Shown: positions 1 through 12,901 of the stretch, one piece after another
Layout: each line of letters opens with the position of its first letter
How positions within the stretch are numbered: the first letter of the stretch is position 1
Assembly (NCBI RefSeq): GCF_006345805.1
Contig: NC_043024.1
Span: 18,104,001 to 18,168,000, forward strand
Length of the DNA stretch: 64,000 nucleotides
Direction of reading: 5' to 3'
Origin: Octopus sinensis
Taxonomy: Eukaryota
Translations under genes and position numbers: made by a program
Notes under the pieces: model-generated
The model's input: the letters and a program-made list of their open reading frames with translations, nothing else
Told to the model about the DNA's origin: nothing
Databases searched by the model: none

Positions 1-324
1 GTCTTCTGCTATAGTATCGGGCCGACCAATGCCTTGTGAGTGGATTTGGTAGACGTAAACTGAAAGAAGCCCGTCGCGTATATATGTATATATATATGTA
101 TGTGTGTGTATGTTTGTGTGTCTGTGTTTGACCCCTAGCATTGCTTGACAACCGATGCTGGGGTGTTTATGTCCCCGTCACTTAGCGGTTCGGCAAAAAG
201 AGACCGATACAATAAGTACTGGGCTTACAAAGAATAAGTCCCGGGGTCGAGTTGCTCGATTAAAGGCGGTGCTCCAGCATGGCCGCAGTCAAATGACTGA
301 AACAAGTAAAAGAGTAAAAGAGAA

Positions 325-357
<33 letters not shown>

Positions 358-1446
358 TATACATACATATATAGGACGGGATTCTTTCAATTTCTGTCTA
401 CCAAATCCACTCACAAGGCTTTGGTCGGCCCGAGGCTATAGTAGGAAACACTTGCCCAAGGTGCCACGTAGTGGAACTGAACCTGGAACCATGTGGTTGG
501 TAAGCAAGCTACTTACCACACAGCTACTCCTGTGCTAATAATGATGATGAAAAAGACGAGGTGGAGGTAGAAGATAGGTGGTGGTGGTGGTGGTGGTGGA
601 AGTAGCAATCGTGATGGTGATGGTGAAAGTAGCAGTAGTGATGACAGTGGTGATGGTGATGGTGGTGGTGTAGGTGGTGTCTTCTGTAAATTGTTATCTC
701 AATGTGAAGAAATGAAATAAAGGCAATGGAAAAAAAAGCTTCACAAAACATTGTAAAATATGAAACTGAAGAAAATTTTCTTTTACAAAGAAATCCCTTT
801 GTTTAATGAGGCCGAAAGGCAACTTGGCAAAAAGTAATTTTCCCTCAAATCTAATTTATTCGTTTGTTTATTTTTATAATTACTTTTCTAAGAGATAACG
901 AGAAAATGAATAACTTTTAAATCCCTAAACAGCTTCTTATACATCTTGAAAGTCCTGCGCCATTTATCACTCTCACTGGCCCTGTACCATCACCGCATCC
1001 ACCTATGAAAGCCCCATTTCATTATTGCCATCCCCATCACCACACATGAAAGCCATCCAGCACTACCATCACAACCTGTGTTATCACCCGTGAACAATTT
1101 CTCAGAATGATAAGAGCTTCCTATCATTTTCCCCCTGCGTCTGAATATAGCATCATGTCATAGCACTATTAAGCTTTCGTTTCCTTCCCAAATCTTCCCT
1201 GATGAGGAATTCCCACAACTTGCTCTCACGGTAGTCCTGGATATGTAATGGTTATTTGATTGACCCTTAGTCATAACCCTATTCTCTGAGGACTACAACA
1301 TATTTCTATGTTGACATTACCATTTTCTCTCTTTTTTCCCATTCTTTCCATTTCTCTGTAATCACCTACCCCTACACTTTTTTCTAGTGCATCACTGTAA
1401 TCTCCTCTCTGCTGTTGCCCTTCATGTAATAATAAATGTTATTATT

Positions 1447-1792
1447 AATGCCTTTGTACAGCTTCTAATGCTGGAGATGTACTACAGTGTCAGCTGTTCA
1501 CTAACAGTGAACTAAGGTAACACCTCTCATTTTTTGAGCACCTTCCAGAGTTTTTCGAGCGTTTCCAAGCAATGTTGTTTTCTGCAAGTGCTCCACCCTT
1601 ATTACAGTCCCTATGTACTTCTCAAGATTTTTACTCACTGTTACCAGGCTCCTACAATTATTGGTACTACTACCACCTTTTTCATCAACCACAGCTGCTT
1701 AACCTCCCAAGCTAACCTGTGATGTCTATCGACTTTTATTTCCTTATCACACACCTTGTTATCAGCAGGGCATGCTATATCTATGATCCAGG
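1447..1792 (-). mobile_element. 5'-truncated Dong/R4-like non-LTR retrotransposon, restriction-like endonuclease C-terminus and 3' end
   Basis: Minus-strand ORFs 1641-1823 and 1501-1692 give WIIDIACPADNKVCDKE...LAWEVKQLWLMKKVVVVPIIVGA and VSKNLEKY...EHLQKTTLLG, the typical RLE C-terminus of R4/Dong elements. The 3' end runs into (TAA)n, the known Dong target. Confidence 0.8.
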
Positions 1793-2112
1793 TGATTATT
1801 ATTATCGCTATGATGCTCCCCAACTACTTCTGCTCGTGATCAGAGATGCATATATCATCAGCCACTAAGAGACATGCTCAACTTGTTACGGTCAAACAAC
1901 TGACAAGCAAATCTGTGGTATTGAGCAGAATATTTGCTGTGGCCCATCTTTTTATAACAAGACAAAACAATGTACAGGATGACACTTCCAATCAGTTAAG
2001 ATCAGAAGCCACGAGAGTGACTGCCTGGTACTGCATCAGCGCATAGCCACTGCCTGGTACTGCATTACTGCATTTATTATTATTATTATTATTATTATTA
2101 TCATCATCATCA

Positions 2113-2315
2113 AGGTGGTGAGCTAGCAGAATTGTTAGCATGCTGGTTAAAATGCTTAGTGGCAGTTCATCCATTCTGAGTTCAAAATTCCAAGGTTAAC
2201 TTTGCCATTCATCCATTCAGGGTTGTTAAAATAAGTACCTTTTGAATACTGGGGTTGATGTGATTGACAAGCCCCCTAACTGAAAATTTCAGGCTTTGTG
2301 CCTATAGTAGAAAAG

Positions 2316-2366
<51 letters not shown>

Positions 2367-4195
2367 GAGGTGGCAAGCTGGTAGAACAGTTTGCACGCTG
2401 GGTAAAATGCTTAGTGGCATTTCATCCATCTTTACGTTCTGAGTTCAAATTCCACCGAGGTCGACTTTGCCTTTCATCCTTTTGGGGTCAATAAAATAAG
2501 TACCTGTTGAACACTGGTGGGCAATGTAATCAACTTACCCCCTCCCCTGTTACTGCTGGCCTTGTGCCAAACTTTGAGACCATTGTCATTATTATTATTA
2601 CTGCTATTATTGAAGGCAGCAAGCTGGCAGAATAATTAGCACACCAGATGAAATGCTTAGTGGTATTTCACCTGTCACTGTGTTCTGAGTTCAAATTCTG
2701 CTGAGGTCGACTTTGCCTTTCATCCTTTCAGGGTTGATAAATTAAGTACCAGTTGTGTACTAGGCTCGATCTAATTGACTGGCCCTTCTCCCCCACAAAA
2801 TTTCAGGCCTTGTGCCTACAGTAGAAAGGGTTATTATTATTGAAGGCAGTGAGATGGCAGAATTGTTAGCACACCAGACGAAATGCTTAGCGGTTTTTCG
2901 CCTGTTGCTACGTTCCGTGTTCAAATTCCACTGAAGTCGATTTTGCCTTTCATCCTTTTGGGGTCAATTAAATAAGAACCAATTGAAGACTGCAGCCGAT
3001 GTAATCGACTCATCCTCATCTCCCCCGAGCTGCCCTTGTGGCAAAAATTTGAAATAATTATTATTATTATCATTATTGAGTGAGAGAGCAGCGCATGCCA
3101 TCAAAGTGACCCTGGCTTACAAATATTCGAAGCCCAATATACCCATCATGGCTACCTGTTTGATAAGGGTACACCAGGCATATGCATCACAATTATATGT
3201 GCACAACATTGTGATTTCATATCAAGATAACCAGCACATGACCTTCCAAGTGGGACCCAGTTAGAATTTTCTTCAGGTCAAGTAACTCATTCTGCTCAAA
3301 AGGTCCCTGATTAAGGTTTGTTTTAAGGATGATGAACGAAAACATCCATGTTTCCAGAGGTGAATTATTCAAATCCCAAAGAATTCCTCTATACACATGG
3401 CTATGATACTCCCCCACTACTTCTGCCCATGATCAGAGATGCACATATCATCAGCCACCAAGGGACATACTCAACTGATTCAAGGTCAATTACATAAGTA
3501 CCAGTTATGCACTAATGTAATCGACTCATTCGCTCCCCCAAAATTTCAGGCCTTGTGCCTATAGTATAAAGGAAGCTGGTAGCATCATTGAAGCATTAGG
3601 AATATGGCTTATCATGTTTATTCCAGCAATCCATGTTCTGAGTTCAGATATGACTCAGCTCAACCAATTCCATATTTGACAATGTTCTGGGAATTTTTTT
3701 TTTAATTACCGTCATTTCTTATCTTCACACTGAAATAACAATTTACTGAACACCAAGGCAGTGAGTTGGCAGAAATGTTAGCATGCCAGGCAAAATTCTT
3801 AGAGGTATTTCGCCTGTCTTTATGTTCTGAGTTCAAATTCCGCCGAGGTCAACTTTGCCTTTCATCCTTTCAGGGGTCGATTAAATAAGTACCAGTTACA
3901 TACTGGGTGTCGATATAATTGACTTAATCCGTTTGTCTGTCCCTGTTTGTCCCCTCTGTGTGTAGCCCCTTGTGGGCAGTAAAGAAATAAGAAATGTTAG
4001 CATGCCAGGCAAAATTCTTAGCGATATTTCGTCTGTCTTTACATTCTGAGTTCAAATTTCACCGAGGTCAACTTTGCCTTTCATTTTTTCGGGGTCGATA
4101 AATTAAGTACCAGCTGCGTACTGGGGTCTATCTAATCGACTGGCCCTCTGCCTGCAAATTTTGGGCTTTGTGCCTAGAGGAGAAAAGAATTTACA
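2113..4195 (+). mobile_element. Head-to-tail cluster of tRNA-derived SINEs with a Meta-domain-like core
   Basis: Repeated unit ggc.agctggcagaa..gttagca...gagttcaaattcc.ccgaggtc.actttgcctttcatcctttcggggtcgataaattaagtaccag...aaatttcaggccttgtgcct...agtagaaagg(ATT)n. Copies at ~2113, 2367, 2612, 2843, 3755 and 3990, and many more elsewhere (e.g. 19375, 19620, 21620-21860 on minus, 44500, 57615, 59372). The Meta-domain label is from recollection. Confidence 0.8.
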
Positions 4196-5009
4196 GAACA
4201 CCGTCACCACAACCACCACCACCACAATAACAACAACAACAGCAGCAACAACCACCACTACCACCACATCCACCTCCTCAACTACTGCTACCACTACTAC
4301 CACCACCACTACTACTACTACTGTCATCACTACCACTGCCTCCACCATCACTGTCTCCACTTCTACCACCACCTCCACTGCTGACACCCCCCTGCCATTT
4401 ATCTTCTTAGGGATCCCACATCTGTTCATTCTTCATGCAACAAATGCTGACATCAAATTTATGGAAAGAATTGTCTTACAGGTGATGTTTCATCATGCTA
4501 GAAATAACAGCTAAGTGTCTTCAATTTGCACTGTGTTTCATATAGAAATGAAGGACACTTAAAATATAATCTCCCTCAGTGATCTCATTATATGTTAATG
4601 TATCACTCCACCACACTTTGTTTTCTCTCTTATCTACCCCCACCCCTACCCTGGGAAGAAATATGGAGACTTATCCCAGTGTAAGATATTGCTGTTATGA
4701 AGATGCTACATTGGCATTAATAAGTTAGAATGACTCATGAAATACCTTGTGGTATTTAGATAGGTCCCTTTATGTACCAAGTTGAAATATGGCCAGTATC
4801 AACTTTTGTCTTTCTTCCTTACTGGGTTGATAAAAATCAGTAAAAACGCATATGGACATTTCCATTAACATATGCGTGTGTGTGTATGTGTGTGCACACA
4901 CACATGTGTGTGTAACAAATGTGTATGTATATATATATATATTTATATATAGATAATTATATATATACTTATATATAAATAACATATTTATACATATATA
5001 CATATATAT

Positions 5010-5056
<47 letters not shown>

Positions 5057-5151
5057 GATAATTATATATATACTTATATATAAATAACATATTTATACAT
5101 ATATACATATATATACACACACACATATATATATTTATTTATGGATAACAA

Positions 5152-5229
<78 letters not shown>

Positions 5230-5966
5230 AGAGAGAGATAACAAATATATATAGATAACAAATACACACACATTCACACACACACACTGTTATAGTATTT
5301 TTACATAGATGTATTTACGTAATACGCACACATATGTATGCATTTAATACATATGTACACAATTCTATACATACATTTACGTGTGTGTGTGTTTGAGTAC
5401 ATTTACATAAATATATACATACATACACACTCTCAAATACACATGTAATGTATGTAGATGTGAGAGTAGCTATATATATATATATATATATATACATGCG
5501 CAGATAACTTTGTGTGTGTGTGTTATGAATTAATGGACATTAATTTAATATAAGCTATATTAAATTTGCAACTCTAAGAAGAGAGCTGCTTCCCTTCATT
5601 GATGTGTATCAGAGCATAAATCTCTGACATTGCCAAGTAAACAACTTAGCAGCTACATTGATGAATGTCTGCGAGGAGGGATGGACTTTCTATCTACACA
5701 CCTTGTATTAGTGGGGCTAGAAGTGTAACATTTACGATAATGATGATGATGATAATATACATACATACATACATATATATATATACGCATACATATTTAC
5801 ATGCATATACATACTTGTAGTTATATATATATATATATATATACATACACACATGCATATATACATCTGTATGTATGTATTTATGTACATATGTGTATGC
5901 ATATATATATATACATACACACACACACATGCATATATACATCTGTATTTATGTACATATATATGT

Positions 5967-6038
<72 letters not shown>

Positions 6039-6129
6039 TAGGATATATAGTGTGTGAGAGGTATTTGAAGATTATATTTGGTACTTTAATAAAATAACTC
6101 TAATCTACCAAAAGCCAAATGTATTTTAA

Positions 6130-7785
6130 TAAAAACTTCTGCACATGTTCTCGATAAGCTTTCTTATCAGAATATTCTATGAATCTACCTTCAGCTTCAA
6201 TGACTGCTTCAACACGTGTAACTGGAGTTGTTGACATGCCTGCACTAAATGGTCTTTATTAATTTTAGATATCACAAGAACAGTGGTAACCTTCACTGAA
6301 GCTGTGGTATTGTGAGGATGCTGATTAGCTTCTTTTTCAACAAATCTCCAAATGTTGGAGGCCAAAAGTTTGGTACCATATGGTCTGACATCTTAGAATA
6401 GAAATATTATTATTTCTAAGTCTCTCTAAAGGAGACTACGGCAGCGGTACTGGATATTAATAGTTATCGCCAAGCTAATATGGCAGTCCAGAAATACAGG
6501 ACAAATGCTGCCGTTGATTAGCTCCAAGAGGCCATCGTCTCTAGCTTGCTATGTGACACATGAACCTGTGTCCATTATAACCTTCAAACAAAGGAGGTCA
6601 GCTGCTTCCCCTTGCTGGTCAGGCATCTGCAGACTAGTTTCAGAGTATTTGCCCCTTATCAATGCAGAGCAGCCGAACCCAGCAGGCGTCACTACTAACT
6701 GTCTGTTCAAAGGATTATTTACCTAAATTCAGTGGAATACATCCACTGGTTTTCAAAAATAGAAATATTATTATTTGTAAGTCTCTCTAAAGGAGACTAC
6801 AGCAGCAGTACAGGATATTAATAGTTATTGCCAATCCATTCTTGGGTTACTGGTCTTTCTGAAATGGTGAGTCTTGTTGAAACACGTATGGTCTTCCACT
6901 GCACTCTTCATCCACCTATGGCTCAACAGCTGTCTCTAGCAACATTAATTCTACAACTCTGTGGAAAAACTTGAGGTGGCAAGACATGACCTTTGTTGTT
7001 ATTTCTAAACCCATCAGAGTTGCTGGAAACTTAGTGTGCAACACACTGGAGACATCAGAAAGAGCTATACACAACCATCTGTCCTGTCACTTCTCCTGTT
7101 AGACAAGTGGTTCCTAAAATAGGGCATATGTCACACTGGAGGAGCCTGAAAAAATTGCAGTGAGGCATAGGATTCAAATTTTTTTTTTTTTTTTTTGTGG
7201 GACATGGAATTGTGAAATTTATTTGTTTCTTTATCATAAACGCACTTTTACTGTTCTCATTTCTTAATTAAAAAAAAAGTCACTGATAGATTCTTTCATA
7301 TTAGACAATTCATCATCATTTAGAATCTACTTTCCATGAGTTGGATGGTTTTGGCCTGAGCTGGCAAGGAGGACAGCTGCCCCAGGTTCCAGTCTGTTTT
7401 GGCTTGGTTTCTATGGTTGGATGCCCTTCCTAATGCCAACCACTCCACACACTGTGATGAAATATTAAAAATAAAGTTTTTTTTTTGCCAACCACCAGTG
7501 GGATATATGTTTTTCGGAAAGTTAGTGTGGCCTGGGGGTGGAAAACAGATCAGGAAACACTTCTCTTGGACTTTCGATCTTGTTTGAAGTCTTCTCATCA
7601 GAGAAGAACTAAGGCATGTTATGTCTGTGAGGGTCTTTAAACTTTGTTAAGTAACCACTTGGCATGGATGAAATAGTTCTTCTAAGTCTTTGCAGACATG
7701 AATTGGCCTCTCCTCAATACATACAATTTGTACCAAATGTCATCATACACCACAGTTTAAATAATCCAAAGAGAAATCTGAAGTT
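6130..7785 (-). pseudogene. Decayed Tc1/mariner-superfamily (maT/DD37D-like) transposase interrupted by later insertions
   Basis: Minus-strand pieces in colinear order. 7550-7785: VVYDDIWYKLYVLRRGQFMSAKT...AK.LLNK...FFSDEK. 6840-7080: HTKFPATLM...GHVLPP...GRPYVFQQDS. 6130-6397: NFWPP..NIWRFVEKEANQHPHNT...HLVQAC...TRVEAVIEAEGRFIE. Frameshifts and stops throughout. Confidence 0.75.
6398..6834. repeat. 361-bp structured interspersed repeat with a 76-bp terminal direct repeat
   Basis: 6398-6473 and 6759-6834 are near-identical direct repeats. A reverse-orientation homologue lies at ~23701-24018. Confidence 0.8.
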
Positions 7786-8427
7786 TTTTGGTGATGACCT
7801 TCACTGGCTTTTCAAGATTCTACAGTTCTATATTTAAGAGATGAGGAATTATGTACATTATTTACATTCACCAGATATTTGTCTGCATCTTGTTTGTTGT
7901 TAACACAAACAAGATGAGGACAAATATCCGTTGAATGTAAATAATGTACTTTTCAAGATTATCATCAATAATGTTTTAAACCTATTGGGTCATCTGTGAT
8001 ATGTTCTGATTTCAAATTCCGCCAAGGTCGATTGTGCCTTTCATCCTTTCAGGGTCAATAAATTAAGTACCAGTTGCATACTGAAGTCAATCTAATCGAC
8101 TGGCCCCCTCCCCCAAAATTTCAGGCCTTGTGCCAAGAGTAGAAAAGAATATCTTTTTAGGATCCAAATGCTTTATTTTTCTACTTGTTTCAGTCATCAG
8201 ACAGTGGCTGTGCTGGAGCACTGCCTAAAAGGGTTTTAGTCAAAGAAATCAAACCCCAGACTTATTCTTTGTAAGCCTAATACTTACTCTATCAGTCTCA
8301 TTTGCCAAACCACTATGTTACAGAGACACAAATACACCAGCACTGGCTGTCAAGCAATGGTGGTGGCACAAGCATTGACACAAAGACACACACACATCAA
8401 TATATACATACATACATACATATATAT

Positions 8428-8808
8428 GTGGCACTCCGTCGGTTACGACAACACAAGTTCCAGTTGATCTGATCAATGGAACAGCCTGCTCGTGAAATTA
8501 ATGTGCAAGTGGCTGAGCACTCCACAGACACGTGTAACCTTAACATAGTTCTCAGGGAGATTCAGCATGACACAGAGTGTGACAAGGCTGGCGCTTTGAA
8601 ATACAGGTACAACAGAAACAGGAAGAAAGAGTGAGAGAAAGCTGTGGTGAAAGAATACAGCAGAGTTCACCACTACCCCCTTCTGGAGCCTCGTAGAGCT
8701 TTAGGTGTTTTCACTCAATAAACACTCACAACGCCCGGTCTGGGAATCAAAACCGTGATTCTAAGACCGCGAGTCCCCTGCCCTAACCACTGGGCCATTG
8801 CGCCTCCA
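8428..8808 (-). mobile_element. tRNA-headed SINE, third family, full-length
   Basis: Minus strand begins gtggaggcgcaatggcccagtggttagggc (A box) and contains ggttttgattccc (B-box-like). Body ccagccttgtcacactctgtgtca.gctgaatctccc.gagaactac is repeated at 60100-60330, 60370-60470 and 60890-61240. Confidence 0.75.
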
Positions 8809-9198
8809 CACACACATACATAAATACACATATACATATATAATTACTGTGGCCTTGTGATATTTTTATTAATGTCTCATTTATATCTATATTTTGACCA
8901 ACCATAAAGGGCTAATATTGGTAAAATGAGACATAATTATCGACATGGCCGAAACGGCTGTAAGATCCAATTTATACTTATATTTATATTTACTTGTATT
9001 TATATTCTTTTTTATATATATTCTAATTATTATACAACATTACCCTTTTATGTACACTTTTATGTGCACTGATTTGTTCTGCTTTTTATATTTAACCCTA
9101 CAGTCTCTTATGTGGTGGTTTAATAAAGTATGTGATTGAGTATTATCTGGTAATTGATATTTGATTTAGATGTATTTCTCCATTTCTTATATATATAT

Positions 9199-9256
<58 letters not shown>

Positions 9257-9270
9257 CATACATACATATA

Positions 9271-9668
9271 TAGGCGTAGGAGTGGCTGTGTGGTAAGTAG
9301 CTTGCTTAGGAACCACGTGGTTCCAGGTTCAGTCCCACTGGGTGACACCTTGGGCTTGTGTCTTCTACTAAAGCTTTGGGCCGACCAAAGCCTTATGAGT
9401 GGATTTAGTAGATGGAAACTGAAAGAAGCCCATCGTGTGTATATATGCGTGTGTGTGTGTGTGTATGTTTGTGTGTCTGTGTTTATCCCCCAATATCGCT
9501 TGACAACCGATGCTGGTATGTTTACGTCCCCGTAACTTAGTGGTTCAGCAAAAGATACCGATAGAATAAGTACTAGGGTTACAAAGAATAAGTCCTGGGA
9601 TTGATTTGCTCGACTAAAGGCAATGCTCCAGCATGGCTACAGTCAAGTGACTGAAACAAGTAAAAGAG
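9271..9668 (+). mobile_element. tRNA-derived SINE with an internal (TA/TG)n microsatellite, full-length example of the most abundant family
   Basis: Head taggcgtaggagtggctgtgtggtaag (A box), ggttcagtccc (B box), caccttgggc (CORE-like), then a microsatellite, then tail ...gactgaaacaagtaaaagag. Roughly 25 or more full or partial copies on both strands, e.g. 1-330, 13945-14745 (x2), 23517-24325, 48915-49222, 54159-54559, 60471-60888. Confidence 0.85.
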
Positions 9669-11900
9669 ATATATATTTATACATATATATATGATGGGCT
9701 TCTTTCAGTTTCCGTCTACCAAATCCACTCACAAGGCTTTGGTCGGCCCGAGGCTATAGCAGAAGACACTTGCCCAAGGTGTCAAGGAATGGGACTAAAC
9801 CACACAGCCAAACATTCGTGCTAGAGGTTTCCAGTTCCATCTGAGCATTGTATATAGAATATCTTGCTGTTTTTAGGGAGTTGGCAGTTTCTTAATTGCT
9901 GGGTTCCACTCATATGGCAACGATGATTGCATGTTTTATTTTTTTTGTTCCTTGTGTTAACATTTTATATTGTCATAGGGGGATCTGCTAGAGACGAAAA
10001 AACCCTTTTAATTAGTTTGAAGAGAGTAATATGCTGATAATTAAGTATCCACAAATATGCCTCGCACCCTGTATGTATATCATCATCATCATCGTTATCA
10101 TCATCATCACCTACCACCACCATCATCATTTTCGTCATTGGCATCAGCATTACCATCATAACCACCATCATCATCATCATCATTATCATGATTTTCAGCA
10201 TCATCACCATCATCACCTCTACCATCATCATCATCATCATCATCATTATCATATGCACAATTGTGCATATGTATGTGTGTGAGTGTATCTCCTTATGACT
10301 GAGTTGTGTGGTAAAGAGAGATTGATAAAATGAGAACCAGGCATAAAAAGTCAGCATTTTGATGTGAAAAACCGTCAAGGTGGCTCTCTTTCTCTGTTTT
10401 CTTCAAATATAACACATGCACACTCACACACACACACACACACACACTGGCACATACGCACTCTAATAAACGCACACATACATATGCACACACACTCAAG
10501 CAAACACTCCCATACACTCATACATGCACACACACATACACTGAAACAAACACAAACACTGGCACACACACACACACACTCAAACAACCACTCCTACACA
10601 CTCATTCACTCACACACACACACTCCCACACACTCATGCACATGCATACACACCGACACACACACACTCATTCATTCGCTCACATGCATACACACACACA
10701 TACACTCATATACGCACACACTGAAACAAACACAAACACTGACTCACACACACACACACAACACTCCCGCCCACTCATTCACTCACACACACACATACTT
10801 GTCTTGTATTTTATATTTGATATCATTTGATGAATCGTGTTTTCAGTCAATTTTTAAAAAACAGATTTCATGTCTGTCTCTAATAAAAAAGAACTTATCT
10901 ATGGAAGCCTCTGGTTGTGTGTGTAAGTATACATGTTTTTATGTGTGTAGGTGTGTATATGTAAATGTGTGTGTATGTACATATATATATATATATATTT
11001 ATATACACTCACATATATGTGTGTGTGTATATATATGTATAAACACACACATACACACACACATGTATATGTATGTATATACACATGTATACATATTTGT
11101 ATATAAGGAGGGTTATACACTGACAATAACCAACATACGCATGTATGTACATATGTATGTATATGTATATAATATATATGTGTGTATATATATATATATA
11201 TAAGCATGTGTGTAATTGTGCACATGTGTGTGTGTGTGTGTGTAAATTAAATATCCCAACCATAATTCCCGACAGCACCACACCATTATCAACATCATCA
11301 TCACCATAATGATAATAATAACAACAACAATAATAATGGTAATAAAATTTGTATCGTATCAAAAGAGAATTTCTTTAGCAAATACTATTATTATCTTTAT
11401 CGCAATTTGCCATTGTTGTTTTGGAGATAGAAATGTGAGTGAATGTGGATGTAAGTGTGTATGTTTTGAAGTTCTATCTTTAAACAACATTTATATGAGT
11501 ATATATATATGTATGTATGACTATATGTATGCATATATGTATGTATGTACTATGTTTGTATGAGTGTATGTATGAGTGTATGTATGTGTGCATGTATGTA
11601 TGAATGTATGTGTGTGTGTATGTATGGATGTGTATATGTATACACATATACAAACACGTTTTATATATCTATATGTGTGGGTATCTGTGAAAGAGTTTGA
11701 GTACATGTATCTCCATATACATCTATAACCCTGCATACTTACACACATAGATGTCTGTGCATGTACATTCATACATATATACATATATACACACACATGC
11801 ATAGGCAAATATATATGTATACATACACACACCTATATATGTATGCATATATACATGCATATGTATTTACGCACACACACACATATATATATATTTATAC

Positions 11901-12000
11901 ATTTTGAAATATTTTAACTGATGAAGATATTACGTAATGGATGCATTTCTTACTATATGCTACACACACCCGAAACATATGTATTAAATAATTTCAAAAT
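11901..12000 (+). ncRNA. Type-I hammerhead ribozyme-like motif
   Basis: CTGATGA at 11918-11924, GAAA at 11972-11975, palindromic stem III ACATATGT, GUA triplet at 11981-11983. Stem I (11901-11917 with 11984-12000) pairs at 15 of 17 positions. Stem II is a 47-nt insert with poor closing pairs. Confidence 0.6.
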
Positions 12001-12901
12001 ACCACTATTTGGTTTGATTTCTACCACTGCTCCAGGCTGACCAGTGTCTTCTCAGTAATTCTTTAGCAGACAGTAACTGTGCAAAACCTCATAATATATA
12101 CATATACTCTGTGTGTATCTATGTGTATGTTGGACTACTGTCCGTGCAACATCTATATTCCTTCCGGTGCTTGTTAAATCTTATGTCCCTGCCATAAGGC
12201 TTTGCTTCCACACACGCCAGCTTAATTTAATTTGTCCTTAGTCGAAAGACATCTGTTGTTATGTCCTGTTATTTGTATCTGTGTAACATTTCTCTGGGGT
12301 TTTTTTTCGTCCTTTTATACATTGTACATACTCTGCTTTCTTCCAAGGAATGTAATGCTCTTAGCTTATTCTTTCCTTGGGGCTGGCCAGATTGGAGCAA
12401 TCTTGAGTATAACCAGCCAAAATTGCAAAGATATTCTGGAACTTGACTGAGAATAGAAAACTCAGAATGATCCGTCCTTGCTTTCCTTGTATCGTTTGTC
12501 AGGATATTTTGTTGTCCCTTTTTGTTTCATCTAACTGTCTGGATGTTTTGTGTTTTCTTGTCCCATTTTTGTATTTTTTATATATAAAATATAGCGTACA
12601 TACACCTTCGTCTATATATATATATATATATATGCAGAATACATCCGGTCATGAAGGACTTAGCCCAATGTATGACTCATCAGATTCTAATGGTTAAGAA
12701 CATGTAGTTCTTCAAACAAAAGTAGAAATCCGTTATGGTTAGTTATTTAGTACGTAAACAGAGAATAAGGAATCCAAGAGGATGGATTATCACCCTTAAA
12801 CCAGTCCATGTGGGCCAAAAAGGGGAACGGGAGACTCTGCCCTTAGATTGCTTTTAGCTAGTAAGGACATTTTTGGATATATGTATATATATATATATAT
12901 A

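Noticed and set aside
12630-12690. Minus-strand CTGATGA with a gtcat/atgac stem, and CTGATGA at ~1199
   Set aside because: No correctly placed GAAA, stem III or NUH, so these are not counted as hammerheads.
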